From the NCBI GenBank assembly GCA_965261645.1, contig CBDHDJ010000004.1:1397273-1461272 (forward strand): a stretch of DNA of 64,000 bases, read 5' to 3'. Each line of letters opens with the position of its first letter. The first letter of the stretch is position 1. The DNA comes from Alphaproteobacteria bacterium. Lineage in GTDB: Bacteria > Pseudomonadota > Alphaproteobacteria > SHVV01. Below, piece by piece: positions 8,864 to 20,358 of the stretch. Under the pieces are notes generated by a model, which did no database searches, was not told the DNA's origin, and was given only the letters and a program-made list of their open reading frames with translations. The position numbers and the translations under genes are program-made.

Positions 8864-11419
8864 ATGAGCGAGACACAAAAACCGGAAGAGCGAAAGCTGA
8901 GCCTGAGAAAGCCCGGCAAGCTCGAAGGTCGCAAGGCCGTCGAGGCCGGTCAGGTGCGCCAGAGCTTTTCGCACGGCCGCTCCAAGGCCGTCACCGTCGA
9001 GGTCAAGAAGAAGAGGTCAGTGTCGCGGGCGACGGCGGCGAAGGCAGCTGCGCCCCGGCGTGCGACCAAGCCGAAAGAGGTGGCCGAGCCGGCCACGCCG
9101 CACGTCGAAGAGCAGTTGGTGTCGGCGATCGACGTCGGCGCCGACGCAGCGATCGAAGGCAGCGCCGAACAGCCGGCTCGCGGGCGCATCATTCTCCGCG
9201 ACCTCACCGAGGACGAGAAGCAGGCCCGCGCGAAGGCGCTCGAGGGCGCCAAACTGGCGGATCTCGAGGCACGCGAGCACGCCAAGGTCGCCGAGGAACG
9301 CCGCCACGAAGAGGAACAGCGGCTTGCTGCCGAGCTCGATGCTGCGACCAAGCGCGTCGAAAGCGAAGAAGAGCGCAAGCGCGAAGAGGAAGAGACCCGC
9401 CGCAAGGCCGAGGCGCAAGCCGCCGAGCGCCTGCCGGACGCGACCGCCGAGGTCGAGCCAGAGGAACCGGAGCGCCCCCGCGCGCGGCGCCCCGGCCGAC
9501 CCCCGCCGCGCCCGTTGGCGCGCCGCGGTCAACCGCGCCGGCGCAGCAACAAGCTGACGGTCGCGCGGGCGCTCGATGAAACCGAGCGGGTGCGCAGTCT
9601 GGCCTCGGTGCGCCGGGCGCGCGAGCGGGAGAAGAGGGCCGCGCTCGAGCCGCCGTCCAAGGTTGTGCGCGAGGTAACCATCCCGGAAAGCATCACGGTG
9701 CAGGACCTTGCCAACCGCATGGCGGAGCGCAGCGTCGATGTCGTCAAGTCCCTCATGAATATGGGCGTGATGGCGACCATCAATCAGGCGATCGAAGGCG
9801 ACACCGCCGAGCTGGTCGTCGCCGAGTTCGGTCATCGGATCAAGCGGGTGAGCGCCGCCGACGTGGAAATCGGTCTCAAGGGCGAGGCCGACGAGGCAGA
9901 GACGCTGCAGACGCGCCCGCCCGTGGTCACCGTGATGGGTCACGTCGACCACGGCAAGACCTCGCTGCTCGATGCGATCCGCGAAACCGACGTGGCAGGG
10001 AGCGAAAGCGGCGGGATCACGCAGCATATCGGGGCCTATCAGATCGAGACGGCGGCGGGCGGCACGATCACCTTTATCGATACCCCGGGTCACGAAGCGT
10101 TCACGGCGATGCGTGCGCGTGGCGCGCATGTCACCGACCTCGTCGTGCTGGTGGTGGCGGCGGACGATGGGATCATGCCGCAGACCGTCGAGGCGATCGA
10201 TCACGCCAAGGCCGCGGGGGTGCCGATCCTCGTCGCGATCAACAAGATCGACAAAGCGGATGCCGATCCCAACCGGGTGCGCCAGGAGCTTCTTTCGCAC
10301 GAGCTGGTCGCCGAGGAGCTCGGCGGCGATATCCTGTGCGTCGAAGTCTCGGCCAAGGAGAAAACCAATCTCGACAGGCTCGAAGAGGCGATTCTCTTGC
10401 AAGCGGAGATCCTCGAGCTCAGGGCCAACCCCGCTCGTGCCGCCGAGGGCCTGGTGATTGAGGCCAAGCTCGATCGCGGGCGCGGCCCCATCGCGACCGT
10501 GCTGGTGCGGCGCGGCTCGCTCCAGGTCGGTGACATCGTCGTGGTGGGCAGCGAATGGGGCCGGGTGCGTGCGCTCGTCGATGGTCGGGGCCAGAACCTC
10601 GATGAGGCCGGCCCGTCGATGCCCGTCGAGGTCCTCGGGCTGAATGGCGTGCCCGAGGCCGGCGATGAGATCGTTGTGGTGGATAGTGAGAACCGGGCGC
10701 GCCAAGTCACGGATTTCCGCCAGCAAATCGCGCGCGACGCGCTGGCCACTACGGTGGGTCAAAGCACGCTCGATCAGATGTTCTCCAAGATCGAACAGGG
10801 CGAGGCCAAGGAGCTGCCAGCGGTGATCAAGGCGGACGTGCATGGCTCGCTCGAGGCCATCGTGTCGGCGCTTGGCGCCTTCGCCAACGAAGAGGTGGCG
10901 GTCCGGGTGTTGCATGCCGGCGTGGGCGGCATCAACGAATCCGATGTCGTGCTCGCGCGCGCCTCCGATGCGCTGGTCATCGGCTTCAACGTGCGGGCCG
11001 ATGCGAAGGCACGGGCGATCGCCAAGCGCGACAACGTCACCCTCAGCTATTACTCGGTCATTTACGAGCTCACTGACGATATCAAAGCGATGCTGTCGGG
11101 AATGCTGTCGCCGTTGCTCAAGGAGCAGTTCCTCGGCAACGCGGAGATCCTCGAAGTCTTCAGCATCGGCAAGACCGGCAAGGTGGCCGGGTGCCGGGTG
11201 ACCGAGGGGACGATCCGCCGCGGCTCCCAGGTCCGGTTGCTGAGAGACAATATGGTCGTGTACGAAGGCCGGCTCGGGACGCTCCGACGCTTCAAGGATG
11301 ACGTGCGGGAAGTTCGTGATGGCACCGAGTGCGGCATTGGCATTGAGAACTACCAGGATCTTCAAGTGGGCGATGTCCTCGAAGCGTTCGAGATCGAGGA
11401 GGTCGCACGGACGCTGTGA
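8864..11419 (+). CDS. infB: Translation initiation factor IF-2
   Basis: [20 protein letters not shown] and NKID GTPase motifs; [12 protein letters not shown]-terminus. Confidence 0.98.
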   Translation: MSETQKPEERKLSLRKPGKLEGRKAVEAGQVRQSFSHGRSKAVTVEVKKKRSVSRATAAKAAAPRRATKPKEVAEPATPHVEEQLVSAIDVGADAAIEGSAEQPARGRIILRDLTEDEKQARAKALEGAKLADLEAREHAKVAEERRHEEEQRLAAELDAATKRVESEEERKREEEETRRKAEAQAAERLPDATAEVEPEEPERPRARRPGRPPPRPLARRGQPRRRSNKLTVARALDETERVRSLASVRRAREREKRAALEPPSKVVREVTIPESITVQDLANRMAERSVDVVKSLMNMGVMATINQAIEGDTAELVVAEFGHRIKRVSAADVEIGLKGEADEAETLQTRPPVVTVMGHVDHGKTSLLDAIRETDVAGSESGGITQHIGAYQIETAAGGTITFIDTPGHEAFTAMRARGAHVTDLVVLVVAADDGIMPQTVEAIDHAKAAGVPILVAINKIDKADADPNRVRQELLSHELVAEELGGDILCVEVSAKEKTNLDRLEEAILLQAEILELRANPARAAEGLVIEAKLDRGRGPIATVLVRRGSLQVGDIVVVGSEWGRVRALVDGRGQNLDEAGPSMPVEVLGLNGVPEAGDEIVVVDSENRARQVTDFRQQIARDALATTVGQSTLDQMFSKIEQGEAKELPAVIKADVHGSLEAIVSALGAFANEEVAVRVLHAGVGGINESDVVLARASDALVIGFNVRADAKARAIAKRDNVTLSYYSVIYELTDDIKAMLSGMLSPLLKEQFLGNAEILEVFSIGKTGKVAGCRVTEGTIRRGSQVRLLRDNMVVYEGRLGTLRRFKDDVREVRDGTECGIGIENYQDLQVGDVLEAFEIEEVARTL

Positions 11420-11532
11420 CGCCGCGGCCTAAGCCGCGAAGCGCGACTCGGGCCGTATCCGTCCTTCGTTCAGCAGTGCTGTTGGCGCGCTTCGCCTGAC
11501 CCAACAAGGGTGCTGGGGCACGAGGCTCACCC

Positions 11533-11967
11533 ATGTCGAGACAAGATAGGCCCAGAGCCGGTCAGCGCCCGTTGCGGGTGGGCGAGGCGCTGCGTCATGC
11601 GCTAGCCGAAATTTTCATCCGCGGGGATCTGCGCGATCCCGACCTCGCCGGCGCGTCGATCACCGTGACCGAGGTCAGGGTGAGCCCCGACCTCAAAAGT
11701 GCCACTGCCTATGTGACGCCGCTCGGCGAGGTCGACGCCGGGCCGATTCTCGACGGACTGATGCGGTGCGCGCCCTATCTGCGCAGCCAGCTCGGGCAGC
11801 GGGTGAAGCTCAAGTTCACGCCGGAGCTCGAGTTCCGTCTCGATCAGAGTTTCGCCTATGCCGAGCAGATCGACGATATTCTGCGCCGGCCCGAGGTGGC
11901 CCGCGATCTCAAGGCGCCGGCCGAGCGTGGCGACGATGAACCACAAGGCTCGCGCAATGGGCCGTAG
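11533..11967 (+). CDS. rbfA: Ribosome-binding factor A
   Basis: RVGEALRHAL..ITVTEVRVSPDLK..KFTPELEFRLD. Confidence 0.96.
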   Translation: MSRQDRPRAGQRPLRVGEALRHALAEIFIRGDLRDPDLAGASITVTEVRVSPDLKSATAYVTPLGEVDAGPILDGLMRCAPYLRSQLGQRVKLKFTPELEFRLDQSFAYAEQIDDILRRPEVARDLKAPAERGDDEPQGSRNGP

Positions 11968-12847
11968 GGGGCTGGCGCTCCACGGTTGGCTCGTGATCGA
12001 CAAGCCGATGGGCGTGACCTCGGCGGGCGCCGTAGCGCGCGTCAAACGCACCCTCGATACGCAGAAGGCCGGCCACAGCGGCACCCTCGATCCGCTGGCG
12101 GAGGGGGTCCTGCCGATCGCCCTGGGTGAGGCCACCAAAACGGTCGCCTGGGTGATGCAGGGCGTCAAGATCTACCGCTTTACCGTTGCCTGGGGAGAAG
12201 AACGGACGACCGATGATCGCGAGGGCGAAGTGGCGCGGACCTCGGCGGCGCGGCCGAGCGAAGCGGCCATCGTGGCGGCCTTGCCGCGTTTCATTGGCCC
12301 TATATCCCAAGTGCCGCCCGTGTACTCGGCCGTGAAGGTGGCTGGCAAGCGCGCCTACAAGCTGGCGCGCGAGGGGGCCTCCCCGGCACTGGAGGCGCGG
12401 GCGGTCATGATCGACGATTTGGCGCTCATCCGCCGACCCGACGAGAACACTGCCGAGTTGGAAGTGACCTGCGGCAAGGGGACCTACGTTCGTGCGCTGG
12501 CGCGCGATCTCGCCCGCGCGCTCGGTACCTGTGGCCATATCGCGCGGCTCCGGCGCACACGGGCCGGGCCCTTCGATGAAAGCCAAGCGATTTCGCTGGA
12601 TAATCTCACCTCGCTCGGGCATAGTGCGCGCCGCGACGACCTTCTGTTGCCAGTCGAGGCGGCGCTGGCCGACATCCCGGCCCTGCCCTTGACCGGCCAA
12701 CAGGCTGATCGGCTCCGCCATGGCGGGGTCGTTAAGGTTGCCGACACTCCGCAAGGTGAAGTCCGCGCCATGGCCGCCGGCAAGCTTGTCGCGCTGGCGG
12801 ATGTCTCGGACGGCGAGGCGCGGGCGCGGCGGGTGTTCAATCTTTGA
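11957..12847 (+). CDS. truB: tRNA pseudouridine(55) synthase
   Basis: [37 protein letters not shown]. Confidence 0.97.
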   Translation: MGRRGLALHGWLVIDKPMGVTSAGAVARVKRTLDTQKAGHSGTLDPLAEGVLPIALGEATKTVAWVMQGVKIYRFTVAWGEERTTDDREGEVARTSAARPSEAAIVAALPRFIGPISQVPPVYSAVKVAGKRAYKLAREGASPALEARAVMIDDLALIRRPDENTAELEVTCGKGTYVRALARDLARALGTCGHIARLRRTRAGPFDESQAISLDNLTSLGHSARRDDLLLPVEAALADIPALPLTGQQADRLRHGGVVKVADTPQGEVRAMAAGKLVALADVSDGEARARRVFNL

Positions 12848-12873
12848 GCGAAGGCGTACCAAAGGAGTACCAG

Positions 12874-13143
12874 ATGTCGATCACAGCTGCACGCAAGGGC
12901 GAGCTCATTGGCGAGTTCGCCACCAGGGACGGCGATACCGGCTCACCCGAGGTGCAGGTCGCCATCCTGACTGAGCGCATCAACAATCTCACAGAGCATT
13001 TCAAAGCCCACAAGAAGGACGTGCATTCGCGGCGCGGCCTGCTGATGATGGTCAGCCGGCGCCGCCGCTTGCTGGATTATCTGAAGCGGACCGGCGACGA
13101 GCGCTACACCAAGGTGATCGACCGGTTGGGGCTGCGCAAATAG
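12874..13143 (+). CDS. rpsO: 30S ribosomal protein S15
   Basis: [28 protein letters not shown]. Confidence 0.98.
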   Translation: MSITAARKGELIGEFATRDGDTGSPEVQVAILTERINNLTEHFKAHKKDVHSRRGLLMMVSRRRRLLDYLKRTGDERYTKVIDRLGLRK

Positions 13144-13401
13144 TGCTGGCCGCGGTCGTCTGGCGCACGTGAAGATACGCCGCATCGGAGGCGTCCCCGG
13201 GCATCGCTGGCCGACCCGGGCGCGACACCCAATCGTGGCCATATGACGAGTTGCCCCTTTTGGGGCTGACGGAAGGAGGCATAAAAGACGCACCCGGGAT
13301 TCGCAGGACGCGCCCGGGAATGAAACGGATAGAGACAGATCGCTGTCTCCGGCGAGGCCCGATAGGCGGGGCTCGCTTGTCGGAAGAAGGACTGACACAA
13401 A

Positions 13402-15564
13402 ATGTTTGACATTCATCGCAAGGAACTAGAGTGGGGCGGACGGAAGCTGATTCTGGAGACGGGCCGGTTGGCCCGCCAGGCCGATGGCGCGGTTCTCGTT
13501 CAATATGGTGACACCTCGGTGCTGTGCACCGCCGTCGCCCAGAGAACCGCCCGCGTCGGCATCGATTTTTTCCCGCTCACCGTGAACTATCAGGAGAAGA
13601 CCTTTTCCGCGGGCAAGATTCCCGGTGGTTTTTTCAAGCGCGAGGGCCGGCCGACCGAAAAAGAGGTCCTCACTTCGCGCCTCATCGACCGGCCGATCCG
13701 GCCGCTGTTCGCCAAGGAATTCCATAACGAAACGCAGGTCATCTGCACGGTTCTCTCGCACGACATCGAGAATAACCCCGACGTGCCGGCCCTGATCGGC
13801 GCTTCGGCGGCGTTGACCATCTCGGGCATTCCGTTCCTCGGACCGATCGGCGCGGCCCGCGTCGGTTATATCGACGGGGAGTACGTGCTCAACCCGCGGC
13901 TCGACGAATTGCTGTCGAGTAAGCTCGATCTCGTGGCGGCGGGCACCGGTGAGGCCGTCCTCATGGTCGAATCGGAGGCCCAGGAACTCGGCGAGGAAAC
14001 CATGCTCGGGGCCGTGATGTTCGCGCAACGCGCCTTCAAGCCGGTCGTCGACCTGATCATCGATTTAGCCGAGGACTGCGCCAAGGAGCCCTGGGAGCTG
14101 CCGCGCACCGAGGGCGAGGAAGAGGAAGAGCTCAAGGGGCGCGTTCGGGAGATGGCCGAGGCCGATCTCCGTGCGGCCTATCAGGAAACCGTCAAGCAGG
14201 CGCGCGTCGACAAGCTCGCCGCGGTCAAGGACAGCGTTCTGACCACGCTCGGCGAGGAGGACGCAGACCTGGGTCCGGTCAAGGATGCCCTCAAGGGGAT
14301 CGAGAAGGACATTGTCCGGCGCACCATTCTCGACCGGGGCATACGCATCGATGGCCGCGACACCAAAACGGTCCGGCCGATCCATTGCGAGGTCGGCACC
14401 TTTCCGCGCACGCACGGCGCCGCGGTGTTCACCCGGGGCGAAACCCAGGCCATCGTGGTCACGACGTTGGGCACCGGCGAGGACGAGCAGATCGTCGATG
14501 CGCTCGACAGGGAGTACCGCGAGCACTTCATGTTGCACTACAACTTCCCGCCCTATTCCACCGGCGAGACCAAGTTCATGACCGGCCCGGGCCGCCGCGA
14601 GATCGGCCACGGCAAGCTCGCCTGGCGGGCGCTCCATCCCCTCATGCCTACGGCGGAGGAGTTTCCCTACACGGTCCGCGTCGTCTCGGAGATTACCGAA
14701 TCGAACGGCTCCTCCTCGATGGCCACCGTGTGCGGCGCATCGCTGTCGCTGATGGATGCCGCAGTGCCGGTCCGGCGGCCCTGCGCAGGTATTGCCATGG
14801 GTCTCATCCTCGAGGAGGACGGCTACGCGGTGCTCTCGGACATCCTCGGCGATGAGGATCATCTCGGCGATATGGACTTCAAGGTCGCCGGCACCGAGCA
14901 GGGAATCACGGCGCTGCAGATGGACATCAAGGTGACCGGCATCACCGAGGACATCATGCAGGTGGCTCTGGCGCAGGCGAGCGCCGGGCGCATGCACATC
15001 CTCGGCGAGATGAGCAAGGCGCTAGGTGCCTCGCGCGAGACGGTCGCCACGTATGCGCCGCGTATCACGATGATCACCGTTCCCAAGGACAAGATCCGTG
15101 AGGTCATCGGCACTGGCGGCAAGGTGATTCGCGAGATTTGTGAGACCACCGGCGCCAAGATCGATATCGCCGACGACGGGACCATCAAGGTCGCATCGGT
15201 CGATGCCGATTCAAGCCAGGCCGCGATCGACTGGATCAACGGCATCGTGGCGGAGCCTGAGGTTGGCGTGATCTATACGGGCAAGGTCGTGAAGGTTGTC
15301 GATTTCGGCGCCTTCGTGAACTTCATCGGTAATCGCGACGGCCTGGTTCACATCAGCGAGCTCGCGCCTCGGCGGGTCGGCAAGGTCAACGATGTGGTCA
15401 ACGAAGGCGACGAGGTCAAGGTGAAGGTCTTGGCCATCGACGATCGCGGCAAGGTGCGCCTCAGCTTGAAGGTGGTCGATCAAGCGACCGGCGCGGACAT
15501 CACCGAGCAGGTCAAGGCCAAGCCGATGGCGGAGGAGAAGGCGGAAGCGGAGGCCGAGGCTTAG
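13402..15564 (+). CDS. pnp: Polyribonucleotide nucleotidyltransferase
   Basis: [32 protein letters not shown]; KH and S1 domains. Confidence 0.98.
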   Translation: MFDIHRKELEWGGRKLILETGRLARQADGAVLVQYGDTSVLCTAVAQRTARVGIDFFPLTVNYQEKTFSAGKIPGGFFKREGRPTEKEVLTSRLIDRPIRPLFAKEFHNETQVICTVLSHDIENNPDVPALIGASAALTISGIPFLGPIGAARVGYIDGEYVLNPRLDELLSSKLDLVAAGTGEAVLMVESEAQELGEETMLGAVMFAQRAFKPVVDLIIDLAEDCAKEPWELPRTEGEEEEELKGRVREMAEADLRAAYQETVKQARVDKLAAVKDSVLTTLGEEDADLGPVKDALKGIEKDIVRRTILDRGIRIDGRDTKTVRPIHCEVGTFPRTHGAAVFTRGETQAIVVTTLGTGEDEQIVDALDREYREHFMLHYNFPPYSTGETKFMTGPGRREIGHGKLAWRALHPLMPTAEEFPYTVRVVSEITESNGSSSMATVCGASLSLMDAAVPVRRPCAGIAMGLILEEDGYAVLSDILGDEDHLGDMDFKVAGTEQGITALQMDIKVTGITEDIMQVALAQASAGRMHILGEMSKALGASRETVATYAPRITMITVPKDKIREVIGTGGKVIREICETTGAKIDIADDGTIKVASVDADSSQAAIDWINGIVAEPEVGVIYTGKVVKVVDFGAFVNFIGNRDGLVHISELAPRRVGKVNDVVNEGDEVKVKVLAIDDRGKVRLSLKVVDQATGADITEQVKAKPMAEEKAEAEAEA

Positions 15565-15716
15565 CCTCCGGGCAGCGGTGGTGGTGGCGAAAGCCGTAGA
15601 ATTCAGCGGCTTCCACCTGCCCACCGGCTTGGCGGTTCGGCGCCGGCTCGCCCGCCAGGCCGAATTCCGCTATGATGGCGCTGGGAGTGCTACGCGAGCG
15701 CGCAAACGCGGCGAAC

Positions 15717-17123
15717 ATGAATCACATGAAAGCGCTTAATCCGATCTTCGTGTCGGGTCGCGAGGTCTTGCCCCTGATCGAGGGCGGCAAGGGTATCTCG
15801 ATCACCAACGGGCAAAGCACCGGCGCCTGGGCGGCGTGCGGCGGCATCGGCACCTTCTCGGGCGTCAACGCGGACTTCTTCGACGACGAGGGGCAGCCGA
15901 TTCCGCAACTCTATCACGGCCGCACCCGACGCGAACGGCACGAGGAGTTGGTGGCTTACTCCATCCAGGGCGGCGTCACCCAGGCCAAGATCGCTCACGA
16001 GCAGGCCAACGGGGAAGGCCGCATCCACATGAACATCCTGTGGGAGATGGCGGCTGCCGAGCGGGTTCTGCGCGGTGTTCTCGATGAGGCCGTGGGGCTG
16101 ATCCACGGCATCACCTGCGGCGCGGGCATGCCCTACAAGCTCGCCGGGATTTGCGCGAGCTATGGCCTTTTCTACTATCCCATCATCTCCTCATCGCGCG
16201 CATTTCGGGCGTTGTGGAAGCGCACCTACCACAAGTTCGGCGAGTGGCTCGGCGCGGTGGTCTATGAGGATCCGTGGCGCGCCGGCGGTCATAACGGCCT
16301 GTCCAACAACGAGGATCCGCTGGTCCCCGAGGACCCCTATCCACGGGTGCGTGAGCTTCGCCAACAGATGAATGAGTTTGGGCTGGAGCAGACCCCCATC
16401 ATCATGGCCGGCGGCGTCTGGTATCTGCGCGAATGGCAGGACTGGCTCGACAACAAGGAGCTCGGACCGATCGCCTTCCAGTTCGGCACGCGGCCGTTGC
16501 TCACCCAGGAAAGCCCCATTCCCGACGTGTGGAAACGCAAGCTCTTGGAACTTAAGGAAGGCGACGTCAAGCTGCACCGATATTCGCCGACCGGCTTCTG
16601 GTCATCGGCGGTCGAGAACGCCTTTCTCCGCGAGCTCAAGGAGCGCAACGAGCGCCAAGTCGCCTATACGACCGAACCGATGGGCGATCACGCCACGCCC
16701 TTCGCGGGCGGCGCGCGCCGCCGCCAGGTCTTCCTCACCGCCACCAATGCCCAGCACGCCCAGGCGTGGTGCGATCAAGGCTTCACCGAAGGGTTGCGCA
16801 CGCCCGATTCGACGCTGATCTTCGTCACGGCCGAGAAGGCCAATCAGATCCGCACCGATCAGATCGAATGCATGGGGTGCTTGAGTTCCTGCCATTTTTC
16901 CAACTGGTCGCAGAACGAGAAGGGCACGACCGGGCGCAAGGCCGACCCCCGAAGCTTCTGCATTCAGAAAACGCTGCAGGAGGTCTGCCACTCCGACCGG
17001 CTCGATTCCAATCTCATGTTCGCCGGTCACGGCGCCTACCGCTTTGCCACCGATCCGTTCTATTCGAACGGCTTCATCCCGACCGTCCGCCAGCTCTTCG
17101 AGCGCCTGCTCACCGGTAACTAG
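15717..17123 (+). CDS. Nitronate-monooxygenase/FabK-family flavin oxidoreductase with a putative 4Fe-4S site
   Basis: IEGGKGI, GITCGAGMP, AGGHNG, IMAGG, FQFGTR, CMGCLSSC..FCI, LMFAG. Confidence 0.85.
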   Translation: MNHMKALNPIFVSGREVLPLIEGGKGISITNGQSTGAWAACGGIGTFSGVNADFFDDEGQPIPQLYHGRTRRERHEELVAYSIQGGVTQAKIAHEQANGEGRIHMNILWEMAAAERVLRGVLDEAVGLIHGITCGAGMPYKLAGICASYGLFYYPIISSSRAFRALWKRTYHKFGEWLGAVVYEDPWRAGGHNGLSNNEDPLVPEDPYPRVRELRQQMNEFGLEQTPIIMAGGVWYLREWQDWLDNKELGPIAFQFGTRPLLTQESPIPDVWKRKLLELKEGDVKLHRYSPTGFWSSAVENAFLRELKERNERQVAYTTEPMGDHATPFAGGARRRQVFLTATNAQHAQAWCDQGFTEGLRTPDSTLIFVTAEKANQIRTDQIECMGCLSSCHFSNWSQNEKGTTGRKADPRSFCIQKTLQEVCHSDRLDSNLMFAGHGAYRFATDPFYSNGFIPTVRQLFERLLTGN

Positions 17124-17162
17124 GCAGCGCCCGGCGCCGGTGCCCCGCGCCTCGCCGGGGTC

Positions 17163-17179
17163 TTTGGAATCATTCCAGA
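17163..17179. promoter_or_regulatory. Iron control element (Irr box) upstream of irr
   Basis: TTTGGAATCATTCCAGA versus consensus TTTRGAAYNRTTCYAAA (1 mismatch). Confidence 0.75.
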
Positions 17180-17241
17180 TAATGGCATAACATGATGATA
17201 CGGGGTTTAATTCCACCGGCCAGGCAGCTATCTTCACAGCC

Positions 17242-17682
17242 ATGAGTGCGCTCACGTTAGAACGCCGTTACGCCCAGGCGCTGGACCGGCTCAAGCAGGC
17301 AGGGCTGCGGCCGACGCGCCAGCGGCTCGGCTTGGCGCGCATCTTGTTCGAAGGCGAAGATCGCCACGTCACCGCCGAGGCGCTTCATCAGGAGGCCATG
17401 GATGCCGGCCTTCGGGTGTCGCTCGCGACCATTTACAACACGCTGCACCAGTTCACCGATGTCGGGCTGTTGCGCGAGGTCGTGGTCGGCGCTGGGCGGT
17501 CTTATTTCGACACCAATGTCTCGCAGCACCACCATTTCTTCTTCGAGGATTCGGCCGACCTCGAGGATATTCCCGCCGATGAGGTGACCATCAGCCGCCT
17601 GCCTGAGCCGCCCCAAGGGCGCCGGGTGGAGCGCGTCGAGGTGATCGTGCGCCTCTCGCCTGAGAAAAAATCAACCTATTGA
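17242..17682 (+). CDS. irrA: Fur-family iron response regulator Irr
   Basis: GLRPTRQR, RHVTAE, SLATIYNTLHQF, YFDTN..HHHFF. Confidence 0.9.
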   Translation: MSALTLERRYAQALDRLKQAGLRPTRQRLGLARILFEGEDRHVTAEALHQEAMDAGLRVSLATIYNTLHQFTDVGLLREVVVGAGRSYFDTNVSQHHHFFFEDSADLEDIPADEVTISRLPEPPQGRRVERVEVIVRLSPEKKSTY

Positions 17683-17703
17683 TCTCAATCTTGTATTGAT
17701 TTT

Positions 17704-17720
17704 TCTAGAAGTATTCTAAA
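17704..17720. promoter_or_regulatory. Iron control element (Irr box) upstream of rubrerythrin
   Basis: TCTAGAAGTATTCTAAA, a near-perfect TTTAGAA-N3-TTCTAAA, in an AT-rich intergenic region. Confidence 0.75.
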
Positions 17721-17819
17721 TAACAGGACTGAACAGACGAAAGTTGGTTTTGTGCGTGCAGGGCGCCTCCTCGCATGGGGGACTGCCAGGGTATAACGAT
17801 AAACGATCAGGAGGACACT

Positions 17820-18239
17820 ATGGCGTCGCTTAAGGGAAGCAATACCGAGCAGAATCTAAAAGATGCGTTCGCCGGCGAATCGCAAGCCAATCGGCGTTAT
17901 CTCTATTTCGCCCAGAAGGCGGATGTCGAGGGCTACAACGATGTCTCGGCCGTCTTCCGTTCGACCGCCGAGGGCGAGACCGGCCATGCTCATGGTCACC
18001 TCGAGTTTCTCGAGGAGACCGGCGATCCCGCAACCGGCAAGCCCATCGGTAACACGTCGGCCAACCTGAATGCCGCCATTGCCGGGGAAACCCACGAATA
18101 CACCGACATGTATCCCGGCATGGCCCGCACGGCGCGCGAGGAGGGCTTCGACGAGATCGCCGATTGGTTCGAGACCCTGGCGAAGGCCGAAAAATCCCAC
18201 GCCGGGCGATTCCAGAAAGCGCTCGATACGCTCGACTGA
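17820..18239 (+). CDS. Rubrerythrin (short, no rubredoxin domain)
   Basis: [36 protein letters not shown]; RBS CAGGAGG. Confidence 0.93.
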   Translation: MASLKGSNTEQNLKDAFAGESQANRRYLYFAQKADVEGYNDVSAVFRSTAEGETGHAHGHLEFLEETGDPATGKPIGNTSANLNAAIAGETHEYTDMYPGMARTAREEGFDEIADWFETLAKAEKSHAGRFQKALDTLD

Positions 18240-18371
18240 TTCATCGCCATAGGCGGAAGCGACGGCGCGGGCTTCTGCCGGTGCTACGGGGGCCTCGCGC
18301 GGCCCCCGGTTTCCTTCCGGGTCTCAGACGGGCCCACGGGCGACCGCGCCCGCAACGGGGTAGGCTTGGAC

Positions 18372-19724
18372 ATGGTTGCGGTCAAGGAAGGCAGCACCGA
18401 AGCGCCCATTCGCCACCCTCTGGCGTGGGGTGAGTCCGACTTTTTCGATCCCGCCAAGATCGACGAAGAGATGCGGCGGGTGTTCGACATCTGTCATAGC
18501 TGCCGCCGCTGCTTCAACCTGTGCGATTCCTTCCCGCGCTTGTTCGACCTCATCGATGGCTCGGAGACCGGCGAGCTCGATTCGGTATCGAGCGAGGGAT
18601 TCGGCGCGGTGGTCGAGGCCTGCACGCTCTGCGACATGTGCTTCATGACAAAATGCCCCTACGTGCCGCCGCATGAGTTCAATCTCGACTTTCCCCACCT
18701 CATGCTGCGTTACCGCGCGGCCGAGAAACGCGCGGGCCGCGCCGGCATCGTGCAAGGCCAGCTCGCCGAGACCGACCGCAACGGCCGGCTCGCCGGCGCC
18801 ATCGCGCCGCTCGCCAACTGGGCGAGCGCCATCAAGAACGGACTCACCCGATCGCTCCTTCACGGCCTCGCCGGCATTCATCGCGAGGCGGCCTTGCCGG
18901 CGTTCCACCGCAAGACCTTCGTCAAGCGCGCCCGCAACCAGGACCTTCCCGTCAATCGCGAGGCGCCGGCCTTCGGCCGCAAGGCCGTCCTCTACGCCAC
19001 CTGCTTCGTCAACTACAACAACCCCCAAATCGGCGCCGCGGCGCGCGCCGTGCTGGCGCACAATGGGGTAGAGACCGAGGTCGTCTTCCCATCGTGTTGC
19101 GGCATGCCCAAACTCGAGCAAGGCGATCTCGGGGATGTAGCCGCCAAGGCCAAGACGGTGTCGGCGGCGCTGTCACCGTGGATCGACAAAGGCTATGACG
19201 TGATCGCGCTGGTTCCCTCCTGCGCTCTGATGCTCAAGTTCGAATGGTCCTTGATCCTGCCTGATGATGACGGCATCCGGCGGCTCGCCCAGGCGACCAG
19301 CGATATCACCGAGTACATTGTCGATATCGCCCGCAGCAAGGGGCTCGCACCGGGCCTGAAGGCGCTCCCGGGCGGCGTCGCGCTGCATTTCGCCTGCCAC
19401 GCCCGGGCGCAGAATATGGGGCCCAAGGCGGCCCAGATGCTGCGCCTCATCCCTGACAGCGAGGTCAGCGTCATCGAGCGCTGCTCGGGCCATGGCGGCT
19501 CGTGGGGCATCATGAAGAAAAATTTCGAGGTCGCGCTCAAGCTCGGCAAGCCCGTGGCGCGCGATGCCGCCAAGGCGGACAAGGCCTACCTTGCTTCGGA
19601 ATGCCCGCTCGCTGCCAAGCACATCCTCCAGGGCGTCGAGCGTCTCGGGCCGGACGCGCCGGCGATCGCGCGCACCCATCATCCCATCGAGATCTTCGCC
19701 GAATCCTACGGTCTCGGCACTTGA
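18372..19724 (+). CDS. Rubrerythrin-associated Fe-S oxidoreductase (GlpC/HdrD-like, CCG domains)
   Basis: CHSCRRCFNLC, CTLCDMCFMTKCP, CCGMP, CHAR, CSGHGG, SECP. Confidence 0.9.
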   Translation: MVAVKEGSTEAPIRHPLAWGESDFFDPAKIDEEMRRVFDICHSCRRCFNLCDSFPRLFDLIDGSETGELDSVSSEGFGAVVEACTLCDMCFMTKCPYVPPHEFNLDFPHLMLRYRAAEKRAGRAGIVQGQLAETDRNGRLAGAIAPLANWASAIKNGLTRSLLHGLAGIHREAALPAFHRKTFVKRARNQDLPVNREAPAFGRKAVLYATCFVNYNNPQIGAAARAVLAHNGVETEVVFPSCCGMPKLEQGDLGDVAAKAKTVSAALSPWIDKGYDVIALVPSCALMLKFEWSLILPDDDGIRRLAQATSDITEYIVDIARSKGLAPGLKALPGGVALHFACHARAQNMGPKAAQMLRLIPDSEVSVIERCSGHGGSWGIMKKNFEVALKLGKPVARDAAKADKAYLASECPLAAKHILQGVERLGPDAPAIARTHHPIEIFAESYGLGT

Positions 19725-19737
19725 AGCGGGTGGCGAA

Positions 19738-20358
19738 ATGGGCCGCGAGGAGCGCGTGATCACGCCGGACGAGGTCCTGGATATGGCGGATTACGAGGCC
19801 ACCCGCAAGGAGCGGCGCACCGCGGTCTCCGAGATCAAGCGCCACCGGCGAATCGAGGTGGGCCCTTTCGCCACCTTCTATTTCGAGAGCTACGATACGA
19901 TGTGGTACCAGGTCCACGAGATGCTCTATATCGAGCATGGCGGCGCGGAGCAGATCGAGGGTGAGCTCGCGGCTTATAACCCGCTCATTCCCCAAGGCTG
20001 GGAGTTGGTGGCGACTCTCATGCTCGAAATATCCGACCCGGCGCGGCGCGACCGCATCCTTGCCGCGCTCGGTGGAATCGAGCACACGAGCACTATGAGT
20101 TTGGCTGGCGAAGCGATCGCCGGGCTGCCACGCGGCGAGGGCGAGCGCACCAACGAGGCCGGCAAGACCTCGTCGGTGCATTTCCTCTACTTCCCCTTCA
20201 CCGCGGAGAAGATCGCCAAATTCCATGCGCCGGGAACGCGTATCACCCTTGGCTTCGCTCACGAGGCCTATGGCCATATCGCGGTGGTGCCGGAGGCCGT
20301 GCGCCAGGCCCTGGCCGCGGACTTCGACGAGGCTTATTCGATCTCCTCGCCGGGATAG
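19738..20358 (+). CDS. DUF3501 family protein
   Basis: KRHRRIEVGP..FESYDTMWYQVHEMLYIE..ELAAYNPLIP..GKTSSVHF; follows the rubrerythrin and Fe-S genes. Confidence 0.88.
   Translation: MGREERVITPDEVLDMADYEATRKERRTAVSEIKRHRRIEVGPFATFYFESYDTMWYQVHEMLYIEHGGAEQIEGELAAYNPLIPQGWELVATLMLEISDPARRDRILAALGGIEHTSTMSLAGEAIAGLPRGEGERTNEAGKTSSVHFLYFPFTAEKIAKFHAPGTRITLGFAHEAYGHIAVVPEAVRQALAADFDEAYSISSPG

Noticed and set aside
9017-11365. Long antisense ORFs (782 aa opposite infB; similar ones opposite metK, ubiB and gyrB)
   Set aside because: These are shadow frames expected from high-GC codon bias, with no recognisable motifs.
11436-11495. 10-bp inverted repeat GCGAAGCGCG/CGCGCTTCGC between infB and rbfA
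   Set aside because: Single occurrence in GC-rich DNA with no T tract or second copy, so no function can be assigned.
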